A stretch of DNA of 64,000 nt from positions 119,662,001-119,726,000 of the forward strand of contig NC_045697.1 in NCBI RefSeq assembly GCF_009834535.1, in the 5' to 3' direction. This document shows, piece after piece, positions 41,552 through 53,716 of the stretch. Every line of letters begins with the position of its first letter. Within the stretch, counting starts at the first letter, position 1. The position numbers and the translations under genes are program-made. The stretch is from Camelus ferus. Lineage: Eukaryota. The notes beneath the pieces are model-generated. The model ran no database searches and was not told the DNA's origin. It saw only the letters and a list, made by a program, of their open reading frames with translations.

Positions 41552-42899
41552 TCACAGATTTGTCCCTGTTAGGGAGAAGTCCGCTAATTACCTCACATTG
41601 CATCTTGGGGCACTCGCTGCTTCTTGGCTTTCAGCCAATCCCCCAGTATTCACTCGCAGCCCGCCTTTGAAAACACTCAGGGATTTAAGCTAAGGTTCCT
41701 ACAGGAACTCATGTGCCTCAGAGCGTTGTAGGAACATCCCACAGTCAAGATAAAAGAACAATTCGTTGAGTGTCTGCTATAGAGATGGGTAACTAACTCC
41801 ACGTATGTTTCAGGTGGTACAGGCATTCTTAGGTTGTGGAAATTCGTATATTACCTTCACAGTCCATGGGGAGGCCCTTGCAGTGCTTGGATTTCCAGCC
41901 CTACCCCCAGCGTTTCCTCGCAGCCCGGCCTGGGAAAAACTCAGGGAATAAAAGCTACAGGTTCTGTTAGAACAAAGTTGCTCCGGAAAGTTGTAGAAAC
42001 CTCTCCCACACTAAGGAAAAAAGAACACTACTTTGTGTGTGTGATGGAGTAGGAAAAAACACTAAAGGCATGTTTCGGGGGTGCAGGTGTTCCCAGGATG
42101 GGAGATTTGGCTAATTACCTCCACTGCCCATGTGGAAGCACTCTCTTCACTTCGATTTCCAGCCCTAATCCTAGCATTCCCTTGCAGTCCGACCGTGGTA
42201 AACACCCAGGGATTATAAATCTAAGACATTCTGTCAGAAACCAGGGCGCTGCTGTCTGTTGGAGGTACCTCCAAACACTCACGATTCCGGAAAAAGTCTT
42301 CTTGGGGGGAGTGTGAAGCCCCACTGCACACTCAAACTCGGTGCACATGACTTTCCCTGGTTAGGGAGAAGTCTGCTAATTAAATCCATAGCCATCTAAG
42401 GGCACTCACTGCTACTTGTCTTTCCATACCAACCCCCAGCTTTCCCTCACAGCCCGGCCTGGGTAAACACTCAGGGAATATGCTATTTGTGTATTGGAAT
42501 CCAGTCGCTACCTACCATGTAGGAAACATCCACACCTAGGATAACAGAAGAATTCATTGTGGGTCTGAGGGAGATGGGTAAACAAACTCCACGCATGTTT
42601 CGCGGGGCAAAGTTGTTCCAAGGCTGTGGGACGTCGGAAAAATACCTCAAATATTCATGGGGAGTACCTTGCTGCTTCTAAGAATTTCAGCCCAACCCAC
42701 TGATTTACCTCGCAGCCAGGCCTGTGAAAACAATCACGGAAAAGGAAATATTGGTGCTTTATATCCCAGGCGCTGATCAAAATTGTAGAAACCTCCCCAC
42801 ACTCAGGATAGCGGAACACATCTTTGTGTATGATGGTTAAGAAAAATCCCTCCAGGCATGATTATGGGGGACAGCTGTTATCAGGTTGAAGAGTCGCCT
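41552..42899. repeat. Partial HOR (A B E F G) cut by the gap, rich in 1-bp indels
   Basis: Same monomer order as the core; many single-base deletions relative to earlier copies. Confidence 0.85.
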
Positions 42900-42999
42900 N
42901 NNNNNNNNNNNNNNNNNNNNNNNNNNNNNNNNNNNNNNNNNNNNNNNNNNNNNNNNNNNNNNNNNNNNNNNNNNNNNNNNNNNNNNNNNNNNNNNNNNN
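42900..42999. other. Assembly gap (100 N, probably a placeholder of unknown true size)
   Basis: Exactly 100 N; HOR phase (G/H boundary before, mid-A after) and subfamily both change across it. Confidence 0.98.
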
Positions 43000-45900
43000 T
43001 AAGCTAGGTTCCATTGGAACCCAGGTTCTGCAGACAATTGTAGGAACCCCCCCCACAACTCAATAATCAAAACAATACTTGAGTGTCTGATTTAGATGGG
43101 TAAACTATATCCACGCATGTTTCATGTTGTATAGGCGTTCCTAGGTTGTGGGAGTTTGGATAATTACACCCACTGTCCATGGGATGTCCCTTGCATTTGC
43201 TTGGATTCCAGCCCAACACCCAGAATTCCCTCACATCCCGGCCTGTGAAAACACTCAGGGAAAAAATCTACAGTTTCTATAAGAACAAAGGCGCTCCTGA
43301 CAGTTGTAGAAACCTCCTTACACTAAGGAAAACAGAACATCTTGGTGTGTGTGATGGAGTTGGAAAACACAGTAAGGCATGTCACTGGGGTGCAGGTGTT
43401 CGCAGGATGGGAAATGTTGGCTAATTACCTCCACTGCCCATGGGGAAGCACTCTCTTCTTCTTCGATATCTAGCCCTAATCCTAGGATTTCCTTGCAGCC
43501 CGACGTGGAAAACACCCAGGGATTAAAATACTAAATCTTTCTATCAGAACCAGGACGCTGCTGTATGTTGGAGGAACCTCCAAACTCTCAGGATTCTGGA
43601 AAACGTATTTGCTTGTTGCGAATTGTGGAGCCCCACAGCACACTCATTGCGGGGCACAAGATGTTCCCTTTGAAGGCCAAGTCCGCTAATTCCCTCCAAG
43701 TCCATCTCGGGGAACTAGCTGCTACTTGATTCCAGCCCAAACCCAAGCTTTCCCTCGCAGTCGCGCCTGGGAAACCACAGGGGAAAGTATGTTATTGGTT
43801 GTAATGGAACCCAGTCTCTACCTACCGTTGTAGGAATCTTCCCACAAATAGGATAAAAGAAGAAACATTTGTGTGTCTGATGGAGATGGGTAAAAAAACT
43901 CCAAGCATTTATCAGGGGGCTTAGGTGTTTCCAAGGCCTCGTGGGACGTCGGAAAAATTACCTCAAAGTCTCATGGGAGTAAAATCGCTGCTGCTACGAA
44001 TTACAGCCAAGCCCACAGATTTTCCTCGCAGCCAGGCCTGTGAAAACACTCACGGAAAACAAAATACTGATGCTAGTTAGAACCCAGGCGCAGCTGAATG
44101 TTGTAGAAACCTCCCCACACTCAGGGATAGCAGAACAAAATTTTTGTGTATGTGATGGTGTAGGAAATACATCCCAGGCATATTCTGGTGTACAGCTGTT
44201 CCCAGGATGGGAGATGTCGCCTAATTACCTCCACTTCCAATGGGGAGGCACTCTATACTTCTTCGCTTTCCAGACCAACTCCCAGTTTTCCTTTGAATCC
44301 CGGCCTAGAAAAAAACCTAGGGATGACAATATTAGTGATTCTATAAAAAACACCGCTCTGCTGCCTGTTGGAAGGTACAGCACACACTCAAAATTTCCGG
44401 AACATGGCTTTGCTTGGTGGAGGTGTGGAGATCACAACACCACAGATGCCTGGGGGCACAGTTTCTCTCTGTCTGTGAGAAGTCCGCTAATTACCTCTAC
44501 AGTCAATTTCTGGGCAATCCTGTCTACTTGGCTTTCCAGGCGAACCCCCAGTTTCCCTCGCAGCACGCCCTGGGAAACACACAGAGTTTATAAGCGAGTG
44601 GTTCTATTGGAAACCAGGCACTGCAGACCGTTGTAGGAAGCTCCACACACGCAGGATAACAGAACAATATTTTGTGTCTGATTGAGATGTTAAAAACTCC
44701 ACACATTTTTCAGGGGGTACAGGTTTCCCTAGGATGGGGGAGATCAGATTATTCCCATTAATGCCCATGGGGAGGTAATCGCTCCTGCTTGGATTTCCAT
44801 CCCATCCCCCAGTTTCCCTTGCAACCCAGTCAGAGAAAGCTGTCAGGAAATTTAGCTAAAGTTTCTATTAGAACCCAGGCGCTGCTGACAGTTGTAGAAA
44901 CCTCCCCATACACAGGGTAACAGAACACTTCTTTGTGTGTGTGATGGAGTAGGAAAACACACGCCATGCATTTTTCTGGGGTGCAGGTGTAACCAGGATG
45001 TGAGTCGTTGGCTAAGTATCTCTACAGCCCATTAGTAAGCACTCTGTTTTACTTCGTTTTCCAGCCCTACTCCCAGGTTTCCCTTGCAGCCCGGGTTAGG
45101 AAAACACCCAGGGATGACAAACTAAGTGATTCTATCAGAACCCCGGCGCTGCTGTCTGTTGGAGGAACCTCCACACACAAGGATTAACAAACAATTCTTT
45201 GCTTGTGGGAATTGTGAAGCAACACTCCACACACATGACTGAGGGCACAAGTTTATCCCTGTTAGGTAGAAGTCCACTAATTACCTCTACAGAACATCGT
45301 GGGGCACTCGCTGCTACTTGGATTTCCATCCCGACCCACAAGTTTCCCTTGCAGCGCGGCCTGGGGAAACACACAGGGAAAAGTCTCTACTGGTGCTATT
45401 AGAACACATGCGCTGCTGAAAATTGTGGAAACCTTCGAAAACTCAGGATAACTGAACATATCTTTCTGTGGGTGATGGAGAAGTAAAACACACTCCAGGA
45501 ATTTTTCTGGGGATCCAGTTTTTCCCAGGTTGGGAGATGTCGTCTAGATTCCTTCACTGCCCATGGGGATACATTGACTTCTTCGTTTTCAAGCCCAACT
45601 CCCAACTTTCCCTTGCAGCCCGGTCTTGGATTATACCCAGGGATGACACTCTAAGTGATTTTATCAGAGCTAAGAGCCTGCTGTCTTTTCTAGGAACTTC
45701 CAGACACTTAGGATTCTGGATCACTGCTATGCTTGGGGGTAGCATTGGAGACCCAAACCACAGAGATGGAAGGGGGCACAGGTTTTTCCCTGTTAGGGAG
45801 ATGTCCGCTAATTATCTCCACAGTCCATCTCGGGTCACTCGCTGCTACATGGCTTTCCAGCGCAAGCGCAGAATTTCCTCGTAGTTCGGCCTGGGAAAAC

Positions 45901-47902
45901 AGTCAGGGATAATAAGTAAGTGGTTCTAATGGAACCCAGGTGCTGCAGAACACTGTAGGAAACTCCCCACACACAGGAAATTAGAACACTATTTTGTGGG
46001 TCTCATGCAGTTTGGTAAACAAACTCCACGTGTGTTTCAGGGGGTTAAGATGTTCCTAGTTAGTGGGAGTTCGGGTAATAACCTTCAATGCCCATGGGGA
46101 GGCACTCGCTCCTTCTTGGCTTTCCAGTCCAACCCCCAGCATTCCCTCTCAGCCCGGCCTAGGAAAACACTCAGGGATAATATGCTATTGGTTGTATTGG
46201 AACACAGTCGCTACCTAAAGTTGTAGGGTCCTTCCCCCAATTGCGATAGCAGCAGAAAACTTTGTGTGTCTGATGCAGATGGGTAAACAAACTCCACGCA
46301 TGTTTCAGGGGGCACAGTTGTTCCAAGGATGTGAAACGTCGGAAAATTACCTCAAATTCTCATGGGGCCTATCTCGTTGCTGCTACGAATTACAGCCAAA
46401 CCCACAGCTTTACCTCGCAGCTAAGCGTGTAAAAACACTAACGGAAAAGAAAATAATGGTGCTATTAGAACCCAGGCGCTGCTGATATTTGTAGAATCCT
46501 CCCCATACTCAGGATAGCAGAACACATCTTTGTGTGTGTGATGGTGTAGGAAAATACACTCCAGGCATATTCCTGGGGTTTCAGCTGATCCTAGGTTTGG
46601 AGATGTCGTCTAATTACCACCACTGCCACTGGGGAGGCAATGTATACTTCTTCGCTTTGCAGACCATCTCCCAAATTTCCCTTACAGCCTGGCCTAAGAA
46701 AACACCTAGGGATGACAATGTTAGAGATTCTATCAGAAACACGGCGCTGCTGTCTGTTGGAGGTACAGCAAAGACTCAAAATTCCGGAGCAAGAATTTGC
46801 TTGGGGGAGGTGTGGAGCCCCCCACCACACAGAGGACAGGGGTCACAGAATTTCCTTGTTTATGAGAAGTCTGCTAATTACCTCTACATTCTATCTCTGG
46901 GCACTCGTTGCTACTTGGCTTTCCAGCCGAACCCCCAACTTTCCCTCGCTGCCCGCCCTGGAAAACACTTCAGATATAATAAGTTAATGTTTCTATTGGA
47001 ACACAAGCACTGCAGACCGTTGAAGTAACCTCCGCACACGCAGGATAACAGAAAAATTTTTTTGTGTCTCATTGAGATGGTAAAAGATCCACACATATTT
47101 CAGGGTTTACTGGTGTTCCTAGGTTGTGGGAGGTCAGATACATCCCACTACAGCCCATGGGGAAGTACTCGCTCCTGCTTGTCTTTCCAGCCCATCCCCC
47201 TGTTTCCTTTGCATCCCAGCCTGAGAAAACAATCAGAAAATGTAGCTAAAGGTTCTATCAAAACCCCGGTGCTGCCATCTGTTGTAGGAAAATCCACAAA
47301 CACAGGATTCCCAAACACGGCTTTGCTTGGAAGAGTTTAGAAGCCCCAATTCACACACATGCCTGGGGGCACAAGTTTTTCCCTTTTAGGGCCAAGTCCG
47401 CTAATTAACTCCAGAGTCCATCTCGGGGCACTCGTAGCTACTTGGATTCCCAGCCCAACACACATTTATCCCTTGCAAAACGGCTTGTGGTAACACAGAA
47501 AGAAAAGAAGCTATAGGTGGTATTCGAACCCATGTACTGCTGACAAATATGGAAACCTTCGAAAATTGAGGATAACAGAACATATCTTTCTGTGTGTGAT
47601 GGAGTAGGAAAACACACTCCAGGCATTTTTCTGGGGATCCAGGTTTTCCCAGGATGGGAGATGTCAGCTAGATTCCTTCAGTGCCCATGGGGTGTCACTG
47701 TCTTCTTCTTCGTTTTCAAGCCCAACTCCCAGCTTTCCCTTGCAGCCCGGACAAGTGAAACACCCATGGATGACAAATAAGTGATTCTATAAGAACCCCG
47801 GCGTTGCTGTCTGTTGGAGGAACCTCCAAACCTTACAGGATTCTGGAACACGTCTTTGAGTGTGGGGAGTTGTGGAACCCCAATCCACGCAGATGGATGG
47901 GG
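43000..47902. repeat. 19-monomer HOR (11-mer plus diverged 8-mer), 5' end cut by gap
   Basis: Order (A) B E F G H I J K L M' then N O G' H' I' J/K L' M; closely matches 58889-63787. Confidence 0.88.
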
Positions 47903-50900
47903 TCACAGATTTCTCCCTGTTAGGGAGAAGTCCGCTAATTACCTCCACAGTGCATCTTGGGGCACTCGCTGCTTCTTAGATTTTCAGTATATCCCCCAGT
48001 TTTCACTCACAGCCCGGCCATGTAAAATGCACAGTGATAATAAGCTAGGTTTCCATTGGAACCCAGGTTCTGCAGACAATTGTTGGAACCACCCCACACT
48101 CAGAATAACAGAACAATACTTTGAGTGTCTGATTTAGATGGGTAAACTAAATCCACGCATGTTTCATGTTGTATAGGCGTTCCTAGGTTGTGGGAGTTTG
48201 GATAATTACATCCACTGTCCATGGGGTGTCCCTTGCAGTTGCTTGGATTCCAGCCCAACACCCAGAATTCCCTCACATCCCGGCCTGTGAAAACACTCAG
48301 GGAAAAATCTACAGTTTCTATAAGAACAAAGGCGCTCCTGACAGTTGTAGAAACCTCCCTACACTAAGGAAAACAGAACAAATCTTGATATGTGTGATGG
48401 AGTTGGAAAACACTGTAAGGCATGTCTCTGGGGTGCAGGTGTTCGCAGGATGGGAAATGTTGGCTAATTACCTCCACTGACCATGGGGAAGCACTCTCTT
48501 CTTCTTCGATATCTAGCCCTAATCCTAGGATTCCCTTGCATCCTGACTGTGGAAAACACCCAGGGATTAAAAACTAAATCTTTCTATCAGAACCAGGACG
48601 CTGCTGTATGTTGGAGGAACCTCCAAACTCTCAGGATTCCGGAACACGTATTTGCTTGTTGCGAATTGTGGAGCCCCACAGCACACTCATTGCCGGGGCA
48701 CAAGATTTTCCCTTTGAAGGCCAAGTCCGCTAATTACCTCCAATGTCCATCTCGGGGAACTAGCTGCTACTTGGATTTCCAGCCCAAACCCAAGCTTTCC
48801 CTCGCAGTCCGGCCTGGGAAACACACAGGGAAATTATGTTATTGGTTGTAATGGAACCCAGACTCTACCTACCGTTGTAGGAAACTTCCCACAAATAGGA
48901 TAAAAGAAGAAACATTTGTGTGTCTGATGGAGATGGGTAAAAATCTCCAAGCATATATCAGGGGGCTTAGGTGTTCCAAGCCTGTGGGACGTCGGAAAAT
49001 TACCTCAAAATCTCATGGGGATTAACTCGCTGCTGCTACGAATTACAGAAAAGCCCACAGATTTTCCTCGCAGCCAGGCCTGTGAAAACACTCACGGAAA
49101 ACAAACTACTGATGCTACTAGAACCCAGGTGCAGCTGAATGTTGTAGAATCCTCCCCACACTCAGGATAGCAGAACAAATTTTTGTGTATATGATGGTGT
49201 ATGAAAATACATCCCAGGCATATTTCTGGTGTTACAGCTGTTCCCAGGATGGGAGATGTCGCCTAATTACCTCCACTTCCATTGGGGAGGCACTCTATAC
49301 TTCTTCGCTTTCCAGACCAACTCCCAGTTTTCCTTGAAGCCCGGCCTAAGAAAACACCTAGGGATGACAATATTAGCGATTCTATCAGAAAACCCGCCCT
49401 GCTGCCTGTTGGAGATACAACACACACTCAAAATTCCGGAACATGTCTTGCCTTGGTGGAGGTATGGAGACCAACACCACAAGATGCCTGGGGGCACAGT
49501 TACTATCTGTCTGGGATTAGTCCGCTAATAACCTCTACAGTCAATATCTGGGCAATCCTGTCTACTTATGGCTTTCCAGCCGAACCCCCAGTTTCCCTCG
49601 CAGCCCGCCCTGGAAAACACTCAGAGATTATAAGCTAGTGGTTCTATTGGAACCCAGGCACTGCAGACCGTTGTAGGAAGCTCCGCGCACGCAGGATAAC
49701 AGAACACTTATTTTGTGACTGATTGAGATGGTAAAAACTCCACGCATGTTTCTAGGGGGTACAGTTTTTCCTAGGTTGGGGGAGGTCAGATTATTCCCAT
49801 TAATGCCCATGGGGAGGTAATCGCTCCTGCTTGGATTCCATCCCATCCCCCAGTTTCCCTTGCAACCCAGTCAGAGCAAACAGTCAGGAAATTTAGCTAA
49901 AGTTTCTATTAGAACCCAGAAGCTGCTGACAGTTGTAGAAACTTCCCCATACACAGGGTAACAGAACACTTCTTTGTGTGTGTGATTGAGTAGGAAAACA
50001 CACTCCATGCATGTTTCTGGGTTGCAGGTGTAACCAGGTTATGAGACGTTGGCTAAGTATCTCCACAACTCCATGGGGATGCACTCTGTTTTTCTTCGTA
50101 TTCCAGCCCTATTCCCAGCTTTCACTTGCAGCACGGATGACACCCAGGGATGACAAACTAAGTGATTCTATAAGAACCCCGGCGCTGCTGTCTTTTGGAG
50201 GAACCTCCACACACACAGGATCCCAAACACGACTTTGCTTGGGGGAATTTTGAAGCCCCTATCCACACACAAGGCTGGGGCTCAAGTTTATCCCTGTTAG
50301 GGAGAAGTCCGCTAATTAGATCCAAAGTCCATCTCGGGCACCCGATGCTACTTGGAATTCCATCCAAACCCCCATGTTTCCCATGCAGCCCGGCCTGGGT
50401 TAAAAATAGGGAAAAGAATCTATTGGTGCTATTCGAACCCATGCCCTGCTGACAATTGTGGAAACCTTCGAACACTCAGTATAACAGAACATATATTTCT
50501 GTGTGTGATGGAGTAGGAAAACACACTCCAGGCATTTTTATGGGGATCCAGGATTTCCCAGGTTGGGAGATGTCGGCTAGATTCCTTCAGTGCCCATGGG
50601 GTGGCACTGTCTTCTTCTTCGTTTTCAAGCCCAACTCCCAGCTTTCCCTTGCAGCCCGGACAAGTGAAACACCCATGGATGACAAATAAGTGATTCTATA
50701 AGAACCCAGGCGTTGCTGTCTGTTGGAGGAACCTCCAAACCTACAGGATTCTGGAGCACGTCTTTGAGTGTGGGGAGTTGAGGAACCCCAATTCACGCAG
50801 ATGGATGGGGTCACAGATTTGTCCCTCTTAGGGAGAAGTCCGCTAATTTCCTCCACAGTGCATCTTGGGGCACTCGCTGCTTCTTAGATTTTCAGTGTAT

Positions 50901-53716
50901 CTCCCAGTTTTCCCTCGCAGCCCGGCCTTTAAAACACTCAGTGATAATAAGCTAGGTTTCTATTGGAACCCAGGTGCTGCAGACAATTGTACGAAACTCC
51001 CCACCCTCAGAATAACAGAACAATAATTTGAGTGTCTGATTTAGATGGGTAAACTAAATCCACGCATGTTTCAGTTTGTATAGGAGTTCCTAGGTTGTGG
51101 GAGGTCGGATATTTACATCCACTGTCCATGGGGAGTCCCTTGCAGTTGCTTGGATTCCAGCCCAACCCCCAGCGTTCCCTCGCATCCCGGCCTGTGAAAA
51201 CTCTCAGGGAAAAAAGCTACAGTTTCTATAAGAACTAAGACGATCATGACAGTTGTAGAAAACTCCCTACTCTAAGGAAAACAGAACACATCTTTGTGTG
51301 TGTGATGGAGTAGGAAAACAAAGTAAGGCATGTCCCTTGGGTTCAGGTGTTCGCAGGATGGGAAATGTTGGCTAATTACTTCCACTGCCCATGGGGATCT
51401 AGTCTCTTCTTCTTCGATATCCAGCCATAATCCTAGCATTCCCTTGCAGCCCGACCATGGAAAACACCCAGGGATGACAAACTAAATCGTTCTATCAGAA
51501 CCAGGGCGCTGCTGTATGTTGGAGAAACCTCCAAACACTCAGGATTCCGGAACACGGATTTGCTTGGTGCGAATTGTGAAGCCCCACAGCACACTCATTG
51601 CTGGGGCCCAAGATTTTCCGTTTTAGGGCCAAGTCCGCTAATTACCTCCATAGTCCATCTCGGGGCACTCGCTGCTACTTGGATTTCCAGCCCAAACCCA
51701 AGCTTTCCCTCTCATCCCGGCCTGGGAAAACACACAGGGAAAATATTTTATTGGTTGTAATGGAACCCAGTCTCTACTTACCGTTGTAGGAACCTTCCCA
51801 CAACTAGGATAAGGAAGAAACTTTTGTGTGTCTGAGAGAAATGGGTAAACAAATTAAAAGCATGTATCAGGGGGCTTAGGTGTTTCAAGTCTGTGGGACT
51901 TCGGAAAATTACCTCAAATTCTCATGGGGAGTAACTCGCTGCTGCTACGAATTACAGCCAAGCCCACAGTTTACCTCGCAGCCAGGCCTGTGAAAACACT
52001 AACGGAAAACAAAACACTGGTGCTTCTAGAACCCAGGCGCTGCTGAAAGTTGTAGAATCCTCCCCACACTCAGGATAGCAGAACAAATTTTTGTGTGTGT
52101 GTTGGTGTAGGAAAATACACTCCAGGCATATTTCTGGGGTACAGCTGTTCCCAGGTTGGAGATGTCGCCTAATTACCTCCACTTCCAATGGGGAGGCAAT
52201 CTATACTTCTTCGCTTTCCAGACCAACTCCCAGCTTTCCTTTGAAGCCCGGCCTAAGAAAACACCTAGGGATGACAATATTAGCGATTCTATCAGAACAC
52301 CCGCCTCTGCTGCCTGTTGGAGGTACAACACACACTCAAAATTCCGGAACATGTCTTTGCTTGGTGGAGGTATGGAGACCAACACCACAAGATGCCTGGG
52401 GGCACAGTTACTATCTGTCTGGGAGTAGTCCGCTAATAACCTCTACAGTCAATATCTGGGCAATCCTGTCTACTTGGCTTTCCAGCCGAACCCCCAGTTT
52501 CCCTCGCAGCCCGCCCTGGAAAACACTCAGAGATTATAAGCTAGTGGTTCTATTGGAACCCAGGCACTGCAGACCGTTGTAGGAAGCTCCGCACACGCAG
52601 GATAACAGAACACTTATTTTGTGACTGATTGAGATGGTAAAAACTCCACGCATGTTTCAGGGGGTACAGGTTTTCCTAGGTTGGGGGAGGTCAGATTATT
52701 CCCATTAATGCCCATGGGGAGGTAATCGCTCCTGCTTGGATTTCCATCCCATCCCCCAGTTTCCCTTGCAACCCAGTCAGAGCAAACAGTCAGGAAATTT
52801 AGCTAAAGTTTCTATTAGAACCCAGAAGCTGCTGACAGTTGTAGAAACTTCCCCATACACAGGGTAACAGAACACTTCTTTGTGTGTGTGATTGAGTAGG
52901 AAAACACACTCCATGCATGTTTCTGGGTTGCAGGTGTAACCAGGTTGTGAGACGTTGGCTAAGTATCTCCACAACCCATGGGGATGCACTCTGTTTTTCT
53001 TCGTATTCCAGCCCTATTCCCAGCTTTCACTTGCAGCACGGGTGACACCCAGGGATGACAAACTAAGTGATTCTATAAGAACCCCGGCGCTGCTGTCTTT
53101 TGGAGGAACCTCCACACACACAGGATTCCCAAACACGACTTTGCTTGGGGGAATTTTGAAGCCCCTATCCACACACAAGGCTGGGGCTCAAGTTTATCCC
53201 TGTTAGGGAGAAGTCCGCTAATTAGCTCCAAAGTCCATCTCGGGCACCCGATGCTACTTGGAATTCCAGCCAAACCCCCATGTTTCCCATGCAGCCCGGC
53301 CTGGGTTAACAATAGGGAAAAGAAGCTATTGGTGCTATTCGAACCCATGCCCTGCTGACAATTGTGGAAACCTTCGAACACTCAGTATAACAGAACATAT
53401 ATTTCTGTGTGTGATGGAGTAGGAAAACACACTCCAGGCATTTTTATGGGGATCCAGGATTTCCCAGGTTGGGAGATGTCGGCTAGATTCCTTCAGTGCC
53501 CATGGGCTGGCACTGTCTTCTTCTTCGTTTTCAAGCCCAACTCCCAGCTTTCCCTTGCAGCCCGGACAAGTGAAACACCCATGGATGACAAATAAGTGAT
53601 TCAATAAGAACCCAGGCGTTGCTGTCTGTTGGAGGAACCTCCAAACCTACAGGATTCTGGAGCACGTCTTTGAGTGTGGGGAGTTGAGGAACCCCAATCC
53701 ACGCAGATGGATGGGG
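47903..53716. repeat. Two 11-monomer HOR copies
   Basis: Periods 2908 and 2906 bp; shared short deletion in K at ~50135 and ~53040. Confidence 0.88.

Larger units (their letters stand above)
1..42899. repeat. Satellite array, ~265-bp monomers in higher-order repeats (left subfamily)
   Basis: Anchor GCTAATTACCTCCAC-like motif recurs at ~32, 298, 564, 830, 1096, 1363, 1630, 1896, 2162, 2425, 2688, 2953, 3218, 3480 and onward. The HOR marker TCACAGATT(T) recurs at 1, 3449, 6899, 10339, 13783, 18019, 23041, 26743, 29657, 34152, 38644, 41552; all spacings are integer multiples of ~264-265 bp. Confidence 0.98.
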
